NCBI GenBank assembly: GCA_027011045.1 | Contig: JALVAT010000013.1 | Span: 20,364-84,363 of the forward strand | Source: Candidatus Micrarchaeota archaeon | Lineage (GTDB): Archaea > Iainarchaeota > Iainarchaeia > JAADDC01 | Reading direction: 5' to 3' | DNA: 64,000 bases | In this document: in pieces, positions 38,203-46,439 of the stretch | How positions within the stretch are numbered: position 1 is the stretch's first letter | Layout of the letters: each line of letters opens with the position of its first letter | Made by a program: the position numbers and the translations under genes | Notes under the pieces: model-generated | Told to the model about the DNA's origin: nothing | What the model saw: the letters and a program-made list of their open reading frames with translations, nothing else | Databases searched by the model: none

Positions 38203-38260
38203 GGGTCAGGGGGTAACAGAGTCATCACGGCCTCAGCGAGGTCGTAGACTCATCATCCCC
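38203..38260 (-). ncRNA. C/D-box sRNA; D-guide complementary to 23S rRNA 59125..59136
   Basis: Minus strand: GGAUGAUGA, 13-nt guide, CUGA, ggcc, GUGAUGA, cucuguuacccc, CUGA; TTTATTTT TATA box 20-28 nt upstream. Confidence 0.75.
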
Positions 38261-38285
38261 CTCTTCTTTGAACCGATGAAAATAA

Positions 38286-38346
38286 AGGTCAGCTACCCCA
38301 GGGAGCATCATCGCCGCGCTCAGGGGTGCTGTCTCTCATCATCCCG
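38286..38346 (-). ncRNA. C/D-box sRNA (tandem with the previous one)
   Basis: Minus strand: GGAUGAUGA, 12-nt guide, CUGA, gcgcgg, CGAUGAUG, 12-nt guide, CUGA; cttttatg TATA-like about 22 nt upstream. Confidence 0.7.
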
Positions 38347-38375
38347 CTTCTAAGAAGGCAGAGGTGCATAAAAGC

Positions 38376-38630
38376 ATGGCGCGCTTAAGGGTGCGGGCAC
38401 ACCCCGGAGCAAAGCGAAACGAGATACGAGTAGAGGGAGATACGATCCACATCTGGGTAACAGCCCCCGCAAGGGAGGGTAAAGCAAACAGGGCGATCAT
38501 AGAGCTGCTCGCAAGGGAAATGGGGGTAAAGAAATCGGAAGTAAGCATCGTACGGGGCGAGCACGGGAGAGAAAAAATTATAGAAGTCCCCGACGACGCA
38601 GCCAGTCGTCTATTGGGCCGGACTGCTTGA
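38376..38630 (+). CDS. DUF167 / YggU-family small protein
   Basis: ~85 aa MARLRVRAHPGAKRNEIRVEGDTIHIWVTAPAREGKAN pattern. Confidence 0.55.
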   Translation: MARLRVRAHPGAKRNEIRVEGDTIHIWVTAPAREGKANRAIIELLAREMGVKKSEVSIVRGEHGREKIIEVPDDAASRLLGRTA

Positions 38631-39114
38631 TTATTTCCCCAAACCACGGCGTGTAGACCTCAGGGTGCTTTTTCACATCCTCTTTCACCCAGTCCCAGCG
38701 CACCCAGGCATATCCGTCCGCTTCCTCCGGATCCGGGCGCACGTCACCGTCGTACACCCCGACGAGAACGTGATCATACTCGTACTCCGTGAGGCCGTTG
38801 CCCAGGTCTGCCCTGTAAATGAAGGAGAAGATCTCCTCGAGTTCCGTGTCAAAGCCCATCTCCTCTCGAAGGCGACGGTGGGCCGCATCCACCACGGATT
38901 CGCCGGGCAGGGGATGGGAGCAGGTGGTATTTGTCCACAATCCGCCAGCGTGGTACTTCTTTCGGGCGCGGAGCTGAAGGAGAAACAGACCGTCAGGGTT
39001 GAAAACGAAGATCGAAAATGCCCTGTGGAGATGTCCGCCGTTCCTATGGGCTTCTATCTTCTCCATGGTGCCAATCTCACGATCCTGTTCGTCAACGAGT
39101 ACAACATCGACCAT
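38578..39114 (-). CDS. idi: Isopentenyl-diphosphate delta-isomerase, type 1 (Nudix fold)
   Basis: WTNTTCSHPLPGES and Nudix-box-like REEMGF, clearly alignable to bacterial Idi by eye. Confidence 0.7.
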   Translation of the reverse strand: MVDVVLVDEQDREIGTMEKIEAHRNGGHLHRAFSIFVFNPDGLFLLQLRARKKYHAGGLWTNTTCSHPLPGESVVDAAHRRLREEMGFDTELEEIFSFIYRADLGNGLTEYEYDHVLVGVYDGDVRPDPEEADGYAWVRWDWVKEDVKKHPEVYTPWFGEIIKQSGPIDDWLRRRGLL

Positions 39115-39144
39115 GAAAAGAAGGGGGAGGGGCAGAATAAAAAA

Positions 39145-39336
39145 TCACTCCTCGATCTTGATGGACTGTGTGGGGCATGACATGGCTGCGTTACGCACCT
39201 TCTCCTCGTCACCGGGGGCAACTTCCTCCTTAATAGCAACGGACTTTCCGTCAGAATCTATCTTGAAGTACTCCGGTGCGAGGGCAACACAGACACCACA
39301 GCCAATGCAGGTTTCCTTGTCGACGTGGACCTTCAT
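39145..39336 (-). CDS. Small 4Fe-4S ferredoxin
   Basis: 63 aa; CIGCGVC ... CP cluster ligands. Confidence 0.7.
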   Translation of the reverse strand: MKVHVDKETCIGCGVCVALAPEYFKIDSDGKSVAIKEEVAPGDEEKVRNAAMSCPTQSIKIEE

Positions 39337-39382
39337 GGTATCACCACTTTCAATTGGGGGCGGCGGATTTAAACCTATGGGA

Positions 39383-39802
39383 TCAAAGGTCGAGGAGCAC
39401 CTCGGCGTGCCAGCCAGAGGCGTCGCGCCAAACCCTAAAACCGTGCCAGGATATTGCCTTCACGTCGGCACGGGGATTGTGCTCCGGACGGACCCGCTCA
39501 CCGCAGGCGCGAACCAGGGCGATCAAGCTGCCACCCTCGCGGGACAGGGAGACGTCAAACCGGGAAAAAACGAGGGCATCTGCATCCTTGTAGACAAGGA
39601 GCTCCTCCAGAAAATTGTACAGAAGATCCTGCTCATCACGGCCCGAAACGGAGAACTCCACGCAATCCACGGGCCTAACAGCATCCAAATCAACCATCAC
39701 AGCGGTAAGAGCCCTGCCAGCATCGGAAAGAAGGGATTCGAGATCAGGGGCATCCACGCGGATAACGATATCGGCCACGTGATCCAGAAACCTGAAGGGC
39801 AT
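39383..39802 (-). CDS. Archease (RtcB tRNA-ligase cofactor family)
   Basis: MPFRFLDHVADIVIRV N-terminus (FxxHTAD-type motif), ~140 aa. Confidence 0.65.
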   Translation of the reverse strand: MPFRFLDHVADIVIRVDAPDLESLLSDAGRALTAVMVDLDAVRPVDCVEFSVSGRDEQDLLYNFLEELLVYKDADALVFSRFDVSLSREGGSLIALVRACGERVRPEHNPRADVKAISWHGFRVWRDASGWHAEVLLDL

Positions 39803-39833
39803 GCATAAAAGGAGCACGGGAGATGATAAAAGC

Positions 39834-40034
39834 ATGAAGATTCGCTGGAGGATCCTCGGCGCAGGATGGAATGAGGCTGAAACACAGGCAAAAACAGTAA
39901 AGGAGCTCATGGAGGAGCTAAAGCTGTCCTCAGAGGAGTACGTGGCTACAATCGGCAACAGGATCGTCACGGAGGACCACCCGATAAAAGAGGGGGATGA
40001 GATAACCTTCGTTCCGGTGGTATCCGGTGGCTAA
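39834..40034 (+). CDS. Small ubiquitin-like sulfur carrier (SAMP/TtuB/MoaD-ThiS fold) ending in Gly-Gly
   Basis: 66 aa ending ...ITFVPVVSGG immediately upstream of and overlapping the TtuA-like gene. Confidence 0.65.
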   Translation: MKIRWRILGAGWNEAETQAKTVKELMEELKLSSEEYVATIGNRIVTEDHPIKEGDEITFVPVVSGG

Positions 40035-40992
40035 GTGTTCCGTCTGTGGAAAACCAGCTGTATACGTGGCAAAGTACGAAGGAAAGGCGTACTGCGCAGA
40101 TCACTTCCTCAAGTGGTTCGACAAGCGCGTGCGGAAAACCATAAGGAAGTACAGGATGTTCGGGCCGAAGGAACACATAGTGGTGGCCGTTTCCGGCGGC
40201 AAGGACTCCCTCGCAGCACTCCACTACATGAGCAGGCTATCCAAGCGCGTTCCAGGGTGGACCGTCGAAGCCTTGCTCATAGACGAGGGGATTGAAGGGT
40301 ATAGACCCATCACGATCCGGGATTTCAAGCGCTGGGCAGAGGAATGGGGCGTATCGTACCGCATCGTGTCCTTCAAGGAAGAAATAGGGGCAAGCCTTGA
40401 CGAAATCATAAAGCTTGGCCTGGAAAAGGGCCTGCCGTATCAACCGTGCACATACTGCGGCGTCTTTCGAAGGTACCTCTTGAACAAGGCAGCTCGGGAA
40501 ATGGATGCCACGGTCCTCGTGACGGGGCACAACCTGGACGACGAGGTTCAAACATTCATGATGAACATCCTGCGCCACGATATGGATAGAATGTCGCGTC
40601 TGGGGCCAACAACGGACGCCGGAACGGAGTACTTCGTAAGGAGGGCAAAGATCTTCTACGAGATCCCCGAAAAGGAGATCGTAATATACTCCATGCTCCA
40701 CGGCTTCTTCCCCGAGTTTGTTGAATGTCCCTACGCGCGGCTGGGCTTCAGATGGGACGTTAGACACTACATAAACCTCCTGGAAGAGCGGTACCCGGGC
40801 ATAAAGTACAACATCCTCAAATCAGCGCTCGACGTATCCCAAGCGGTGAGGAAGACGCGGCCGCCCCAGCACCCCCAGCTCTGCAAGATCTGTGGAGAGC
40901 CGTCCAAGGGCCCGGTATGCCGCGCCTGCGAGCTGCGCATTATGCTGGGGCTCCTTGAGAAGCCAGACTGGTTCGAACTCCCGAAAAAATGA
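40027..40992 (+). CDS. ttuA: TtuA/NcsA-family tRNA 2-thiolation PP-loop ATPase with N- and C-terminal Zn fingers
   Basis: SGGKDS PP-loop; CSVCG...C..H and CKICG...CRAC zinc fingers; GHNLDD motif. Confidence 0.8.
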   Translation: MAKCSVCGKPAVYVAKYEGKAYCADHFLKWFDKRVRKTIRKYRMFGPKEHIVVAVSGGKDSLAALHYMSRLSKRVPGWTVEALLIDEGIEGYRPITIRDFKRWAEEWGVSYRIVSFKEEIGASLDEIIKLGLEKGLPYQPCTYCGVFRRYLLNKAAREMDATVLVTGHNLDDEVQTFMMNILRHDMDRMSRLGPTTDAGTEYFVRRAKIFYEIPEKEIVIYSMLHGFFPEFVECPYARLGFRWDVRHYINLLEERYPGIKYNILKSALDVSQAVRKTRPPQHPQLCKICGEPSKGPVCRACELRIMLGLLEKPDWFELPKK

Positions 40993-42193
40993 CCCGTTCC
41001 AGAATGCCAAGTACCTTGCGCGGCTCCGGACCCGCAACGGACACACGAAGCTTGGGTTCTGTGTTTGAAGGACGAACTAGCACCCAATGGCCGTCTACGC
41101 TGAGCTCAACCCCGTCGATCTCGGAGACGACTGGAAACGAGCTTCGCAAGCGCGACATCGCCGCACCTGGATCCGAAATGCGATAGGATTTCGTAACGTG
41201 GGGGATCCTCGGAATCTCCGGGCGAAGCACTTCGGTCTGAAGGGCAAGGAGCCCGAAGTATATGGGATCTGAGCTGTAGGAGAAATCATAGGCCGTAAAG
41301 TGGCCGGACATCTCCGCTGAGAAGCGAGCCCCAACATCAAGAGCCATGGAAACAATGTTACTCGTTCCAACGGGTGCCCGGTAAACGTTTTCCCCATTTG
41401 GGAGGAACATTGGGGGAATATCGATAGAGGCGACCACGGGACCTCCAAGAGCGCGGTAAAAGGCGTGCAACAATTGATACGACGGGATAACGCCCTGCTC
41501 ATCCACTATAACGACGCGATCCCCGTCTCCATCTGTGGCAATGGCCAAGTCCGCCGCACCGTTGCGCAGGAGATCCACTAAATCCGACACACGGTCGTGA
41601 GTTGGTTCCGGCCCCCTATCCGGAAACCCAGGGTGGATGTCTGGACGCACATGAACAACCCGCACAAAACGCCTCAACACATCGCCGTAAAGGGCACCAA
41701 CGCCGTTCCCTGAGTCTAAAAGAATTGATGCATCCGTTCGAGGAAAGCGGCGAGAAAGGGCATCTGCGTAAAGACCCCATGCATCCACACGGGCAAGCGT
41801 TCCCCCTTCCTTCCGATCAACAGCATCTAAGCTCCGCCAGAAGGACCTCATCTGATCCATAGAAAGCGGCAGGCCATCCCGTCCAAAGAGCTTGAACCCG
41901 TTATACTCGGGCGGGTTGTGGGATGCGGTTACCATAACAGCGGCATCTGTGGCAAGCCCCTTCGCCGCGTAGACAAGCACGGGGGTGGTAACCAGCCCCG
42001 CAGCAAGGGCGCTCCCGCCAGCATCTATAACGCCGTCGACAACCGCCCGGTAAAGGGATACGCTGCCCCTCCGGGCGTCGTGACCGACGATCACATTGCC
42101 AGCGCCGCCAACCCTCAGGCCAACCCTGTAGGCAAGCTCCTCATCTATGTCCTCGCCGTAGATTCCCCTGATATCATAGCCAACCCTCAGCAT
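40940..42193 (-). CDS. Phosphohexomutase (phosphoglucosamine mutase / phosphomannomutase family)
   Basis: Active-site TASHNPPEYNG and metal-binding DGDGDR. Confidence 0.8.
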   Translation of the reverse strand: MLRVGYDIRGIYGEDIDEELAYRVGLRVGGAGNVIVGHDARRGSVSLYRAVVDGVIDAGGSALAAGLVTTPVLVYAAKGLATDAAVMVTASHNPPEYNGFKLFGRDGLPLSMDQMRSFWRSLDAVDRKEGGTLARVDAWGLYADALSRRFPRTDASILLDSGNGVGALYGDVLRRFVRVVHVRPDIHPGFPDRGPEPTHDRVSDLVDLLRNGAADLAIATDGDGDRVVIVDEQGVIPSYQLLHAFYRALGGPVVASIDIPPMFLPNGENVYRAPVGTSNIVSMALDVGARFSAEMSGHFTAYDFSYSSDPIYFGLLALQTEVLRPEIPRIPHVTKSYRISDPGAAMSRLRSSFPVVSEIDGVELSVDGHWVLVRPSNTEPKLRVSVAGPEPRKVLGILERVIFSGVRTSLASQGAPA

Positions 42194-42281
42194 ACAAACC
42201 GCTCGCCCCCGGCGTTTAAAAGCGCTCCTTAAGCGGGCCCTTTAGGGAAAACCTCTTTTTGTTATTGCACCCAATGGATAC

Positions 42282-43937
42282 ATGAACGCGTTTCTTGACG
42301 TTAAAAGATACCTTGAAGAGCTCGCAAGGGAAAGCAACGCAGGGGTTCCTGTTCAGTATCCGCCAGAGGAAAAGATGGGGGATCTCGCACTTCCAGTTGG
42401 TTTTAAGCTCGCAAAGATCCTAAAAAAGAGCCCACAGGAGGCCGCAGCAGAATTTTCCAAGAAAATAGAGCACCCGCTCATAGAAAGGGTTGGTGTGGTG
42501 GGCGGGTACGTGAACGTGTTCCTCCGCAGGGCAGAGATTGCTAAGGACGTGCTGAAAAGGGCAGTAAGTGAGGACTACGGAAAGGAAAAGCCCACGGGGG
42601 AGCGCGTGGTCATAGACTACTCCTCCATCAACGTGGCGAAACCCATGCACGTGGGGCACCTCCGCTCCACGATCATCGGAGGATCGCTGAGAAGAATCTA
42701 CCGATTCAGAGGCGTAGAAGCTATCGGAATAAACTATCTCGGGGATATCGGAACGCAGTTCGGAAAGCTCATCGTCGCATACAAGAAATGGGTCGACGAG
42801 GATGCCCTTGAAAGAGAACCCATAAAGGAACTCCTCAGAATATACGTCAAATTCCACGAAGAAGCCGAAAAGAACCCAGATCTTGAGAGGGAGGCACGAG
42901 AGGCATATAAGAGGCTGGAAGAGGGGGACGAGGAGTACGTTCAGCTCTGGAAGCGCTTCAGGGAGCTCACTATCAAGTACGCAGAGAAAATATACAGGCT
43001 CCTGGGGGTGGAGTTTGACGAAATCAGCGGAGAGTCGTTCTACGTGGAGAAGGCAAGAGAACTGGCGGAAACGCTCCTGAAGATGGGAATAGCCGAGAGA
43101 GATCCGGAAACGGGGGCAATACTTGTCGATTTTGGAAATCTCGGCAAGGATATCATCCTGAAGTCCGACGGAACAACTCTTTACCTTTCCAGGGATCTCG
43201 CAGCCCTCCTGGACCGCGTAGAGCGCTACAACCCCAAAAAGCTCGTATACGTCGTTGGCTCGGAGCAGAGTGACCACTTCAGAAAGCTATTCTGGCTGGC
43301 AAGAAAGCTCGGGGTGGACAGAGAGCTCGTGCACGTGTCCTTCGGTCTCATAAACCTCCCAGAGGGAAAAATGTCCACAAGGAAGGGGCGCGTCATTTTC
43401 CTGGAGGACGTGCTGAACAAGGCAATCGCCCTTGCAGGGGAAGAAATGAGAAAGAGGGGCACATACAACGAAGAGGACGCGAGAAAAATAGGGGTAGGCG
43501 CCCTCAACTACGCGATACTCAAGGTGGAGCCGGAGAAAAACATCACGTTCCAGTGGTCAAGGGTGCTCTCCTTCGAGGGCGACACCGGGCCGTATCTGCA
43601 GTACTCGGCGGTCAGGGCCAGGAAAATACTTGAAAAGGCGGGAGATTGGGAATTCAAGGCAGCAGACACGGTGAACGATGACGAATGGCGATTAATAAAG
43701 CTGATAGCAAGGTTCCCAGAGACGTTGAGCGACGTTATGGCAAAGGACAGGCCCCACATCCTCGCCAGATACGCCTACGATCTTGCAAGGACGTTCCACA
43801 GCTTCTACGACAGAAATCCCGTCCTGCAGTCCGACGAACCCACAAGATCCTTCAGGATTGGCATTGTCAAGGCGTTCTACAACGTGCTCTCGAGGTCACT
43901 AAACCTGCTGCTCATAGACGTGCCGGAGAGGATGTAA
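42282..43937 (+). CDS. argS: Arginyl-tRNA synthetase
   Basis: 551 aa; class I aaRS with HVGH HIGH-variant and C-terminal anticodon-binding domain. Confidence 0.9.
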   Translation: MNAFLDVKRYLEELARESNAGVPVQYPPEEKMGDLALPVGFKLAKILKKSPQEAAAEFSKKIEHPLIERVGVVGGYVNVFLRRAEIAKDVLKRAVSEDYGKEKPTGERVVIDYSSINVAKPMHVGHLRSTIIGGSLRRIYRFRGVEAIGINYLGDIGTQFGKLIVAYKKWVDEDALEREPIKELLRIYVKFHEEAEKNPDLEREAREAYKRLEEGDEEYVQLWKRFRELTIKYAEKIYRLLGVEFDEISGESFYVEKARELAETLLKMGIAERDPETGAILVDFGNLGKDIILKSDGTTLYLSRDLAALLDRVERYNPKKLVYVVGSEQSDHFRKLFWLARKLGVDRELVHVSFGLINLPEGKMSTRKGRVIFLEDVLNKAIALAGEEMRKRGTYNEEDARKIGVGALNYAILKVEPEKNITFQWSRVLSFEGDTGPYLQYSAVRARKILEKAGDWEFKAADTVNDDEWRLIKLIARFPETLSDVMAKDRPHILARYAYDLARTFHSFYDRNPVLQSDEPTRSFRIGIVKAFYNVLSRSLNLLLIDVPERM

Positions 43938-44830
43938 TGGCAAAGAGCATAGAGGAGCGAGTCCTTGGACTAATACGGGGGCAACGTCTCGTCAAGCGCG
44001 GCGACAGGGTAATGGTGGCCGTCTCCGGGGGCAAGGATAGCAGCACAACGGCGTGGATCTTGGCGAAGCACGCCGAAGACCTCGGGATAAAGGTAGCCCT
44101 GCTCCACCTCTATCAGGGGATCCCCAGATACTCCGACAACGCCCTAAAGGACGTCAAAAAGCTTGCTGATAAGCTAAAGGTGCCGCTCTACGTTCACCAC
44201 TGGGAAGACGAATGGGGAATGGGGCTGCCGGGCATCGTCGGCCGTATGAGAAAGGCGTCCTGCTACATCTGCGGCATCCTGAAGAGGTATTACCAGAATG
44301 TACTGCCCCTCGAAATGGGGTATAACGTGGTGGCCACGGGACACAACCTGGATGACGCCGTGGGATTTACCATAAACAACCTCATAACGGGCCAGTTTGA
44401 GTACATAGCTCGCCTCTCCCCCGTGCTGCCAGAAAGCGAGCTCACGCCGAGAAAGATAAAACCGCTCTTCTGGATACAGGAGAAGGAAATCCTCGCCTTT
44501 GCGGAGGAGAATAACATCCCGTTCTCCCGCTGCCAGTGTCCCTTCCAGCAGCTCGCCCCTACGTACCACATACGGCGCGCCTTTGACGTTGTGGAGGAGA
44601 GGCGCCCGGGAACAAGAAAGGCCTTCGTAAAGAACGTGATGCGGCTCGTGGAAAGGGCAAAGGTAGCGCCAGAGGAATCGAAGCCCAACAAATGCAAGTA
44701 CTGTGGAGCCCCAACGCGCGGGAAGGTATGCGCGGTCTGTAAGATGAAGATAAGGCTCGGGATAAAGCCAGAGCGCCCAAGGATCCAAAAGGAGCACGTC
44801 TACGTGCCCGAGGGAGCAGAGGGTATTTAA
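43937..44830 (+). CDS. Second PP-loop tRNA-thiolation paralogue (NcsA/Ncs6/Ctu1-like); ATG overlaps argS stop (TAATG)
   Basis: SGGKDS PP-loop, GHNLDD, C-terminal CKYCG...CAVC. Confidence 0.7.
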   Translation: MAKSIEERVLGLIRGQRLVKRGDRVMVAVSGGKDSSTTAWILAKHAEDLGIKVALLHLYQGIPRYSDNALKDVKKLADKLKVPLYVHHWEDEWGMGLPGIVGRMRKASCYICGILKRYYQNVLPLEMGYNVVATGHNLDDAVGFTINNLITGQFEYIARLSPVLPESELTPRKIKPLFWIQEKEILAFAEENNIPFSRCQCPFQQLAPTYHIRRAFDVVEERRPGTRKAFVKNVMRLVERAKVAPEESKPNKCKYCGAPTRGKVCAVCKMKIRLGIKPERPRIQKEHVYVPEGAEGI

Positions 44831-44852
44831 TCCAGTACTGCGATATACTAGC

Positions 44853-46085
44853 GTGGTAAGCATCGAAGAGATCACGCACAGGTATCCGGGCTTCGAGCGG
44901 GGCTACCGGCGGGGTAGGGAAGAGGCTGCCCTCCTCCACGACAGCGAGCAGGACATCAGGCAGATTCTCACCACACTCAAGGAAGTGAACGATCAAGAAA
45001 AGTACGTGCCGCCAGCAGTTGCAGAATACCTTAAGCAGCTCGAGGGCGTGCCGCTCAGCGAAGAGGCCCTGCGAGAATACGGGACATCCAACGCGGGAGA
45101 AGCACTGGGGTATATCGTAGGACACGCTGTAGGGCTTTTGGGAAAGAAGGGTCTGAAGCACGCAAAAAACATCCTGATGAGCATCACCGCACTACCCCCC
45201 GAAGCAGCCGCGAGAATTCTGGAAGAGCACATACTCCCCCTGGTCAAGACCCCAAGATACCTCTTGGGGGAAGCGCGCAGAGAACACCGGGATCCAAGAA
45301 TAGATCGTGCCCTGCGCGCGATTACGCGGATAAGAAAGAAGGCCGCAATACGCACCACAGCAAGGCACCTGCAAGAAGTATACGCCGCCACAGGAGGCAA
45401 GCTACACCAGCTTGAACGGGCAAAGAAGGATATTTCAGCAGCGAGAGCCTCCCTCGAGCAGGGGAGCACAGCCGCCGCGAAAAAGGCGATACAGTCAAGG
45501 ATCGAAGCAATTAGAAGCCGGGAGGATCTGCGAGAGTATCAGAAAACCAGGGCAATTGAGCGATACCAACGAATCATGGAAGCCATCGACAGGGGCAGCC
45601 ACCAGGCAGCCGTTGCAGAGTTAAAGCGCATAGAGAAGGCAATTGACCACGACATTTCGATCCTGAGCAAAAACGGGGACCGCTACAGCAGAAGCTCAAT
45701 GCGACACATGGGAAAGACAGCCGCCCTGAGCATAGGCCGCAGCGAGTTCGACGTAGAAGACTATACACGGGTGAAACACCTGGCAGAATCCGATGTGGAA
45801 CTCATAAAACTTATAGAGAATTCTCTGGATGAAATGGACGCCGAGATCGGACACGCAAACAGATTGTCACACTACCTGCGCGATGAAAGGATCTTGAAAA
45901 ATCTGGCAAAGCTCCACGGGATATACTGGATGATGCGCGACGAGAATGGGCTGAGAGTGCTCAAGGAAACAATAGGGGAACTTGCAAAGGGCAACAGCAC
46001 AGTCGCCGAAAGATTACGTGAACAGTACAAAAATACCCGTGAGCTAGAAGAAGCAGTCCGTTCAGTCGTAGAGCCAAGGGAATAA
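44853..46085 (+). CDS. Hypothetical alpha-helical protein
   Basis: ORF only. Confidence 0.4.
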   Translation: MVSIEEITHRYPGFERGYRRGREEAALLHDSEQDIRQILTTLKEVNDQEKYVPPAVAEYLKQLEGVPLSEEALREYGTSNAGEALGYIVGHAVGLLGKKGLKHAKNILMSITALPPEAAARILEEHILPLVKTPRYLLGEARREHRDPRIDRALRAITRIRKKAAIRTTARHLQEVYAATGGKLHQLERAKKDISAARASLEQGSTAAAKKAIQSRIEAIRSREDLREYQKTRAIERYQRIMEAIDRGSHQAAVAELKRIEKAIDHDISILSKNGDRYSRSSMRHMGKTAALSIGRSEFDVEDYTRVKHLAESDVELIKLIENSLDEMDAEIGHANRLSHYLRDERILKNLAKLHGIYWMMRDENGLRVLKETIGELAKGNSTVAERLREQYKNTRELEEAVRSVVEPRE

Positions 46086-46097
46086 AACGTGTGGAAA

Positions 46098-46112
46098 AAG
46101 CCGCGGGCGGGA
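46098..46112 (-). repeat. Duplicate of the last 15 nt of tRNA-Thr (acceptor 3' strand plus T-stem), followed on the minus strand by TTTTT
   Basis: agccgcgggcgggat is identical to 46322..46336 of the intact tRNA-Thr gene 208 bp away. Confidence 0.55.
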
Positions 46113-46117
46113 TCCAA

Positions 46118-46262
46118 ACCAACCGCCATCCCGGTTGACATCGCAAGCTCCGCTTGCGTGCACGCGAACGGAGTTCGCGATGCGTGACGCTAACTGGGGA
46201 TCTGCGATCCCCAATTATGCACCGGACGTGTAGTCGGTTGCTTGCAAAAGGTGTGCGCGGTG
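46118..46262 (-). repeat. tRNA-flanking structured element, copy B
   Basis: First 69 nt identical to copy A; distal part shares gctaactg, a hairpin, caattatgc and ggttgc with copy C. Confidence 0.6.
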
Positions 46263-46322
46263 GCCAGAAACTGCGATAGTAAAGCTCGGCAGCAGTAAGA
46301 ACAGGCCATAATTAAGAAGAAG

Positions 46323-46396
46323 AGCCGCGGGCGGGATTTGAACCCGCGACCTGCCGCTTACAAGGCGGCCGCTCTACCGGACTGAGCTACCGCGGC
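46323..46396 (-). tRNA. tRNA-Thr(TGT): tRNA-Thr (anticodon TGT)
   Basis: Acceptor GCCGCGG/CCGCGGC, anticodon stem GCCGC/GCGGC, loop CUUGUAA. Confidence 0.85.
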
Positions 46397-46439
46397 ACCC
46401 CCTTCGCAATAGGATGAAATAAAACAACGGTTAAAAGGG

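Noticed and set aside
46098-46396. Intact integrated mobile element at tRNA-Thr
   Set aside because: The direct repeat is real, but the bracketed segment is only about 208 bp with no integrase or other ORF. Reported as a scar or miniature element, not as a mobile_element feature.
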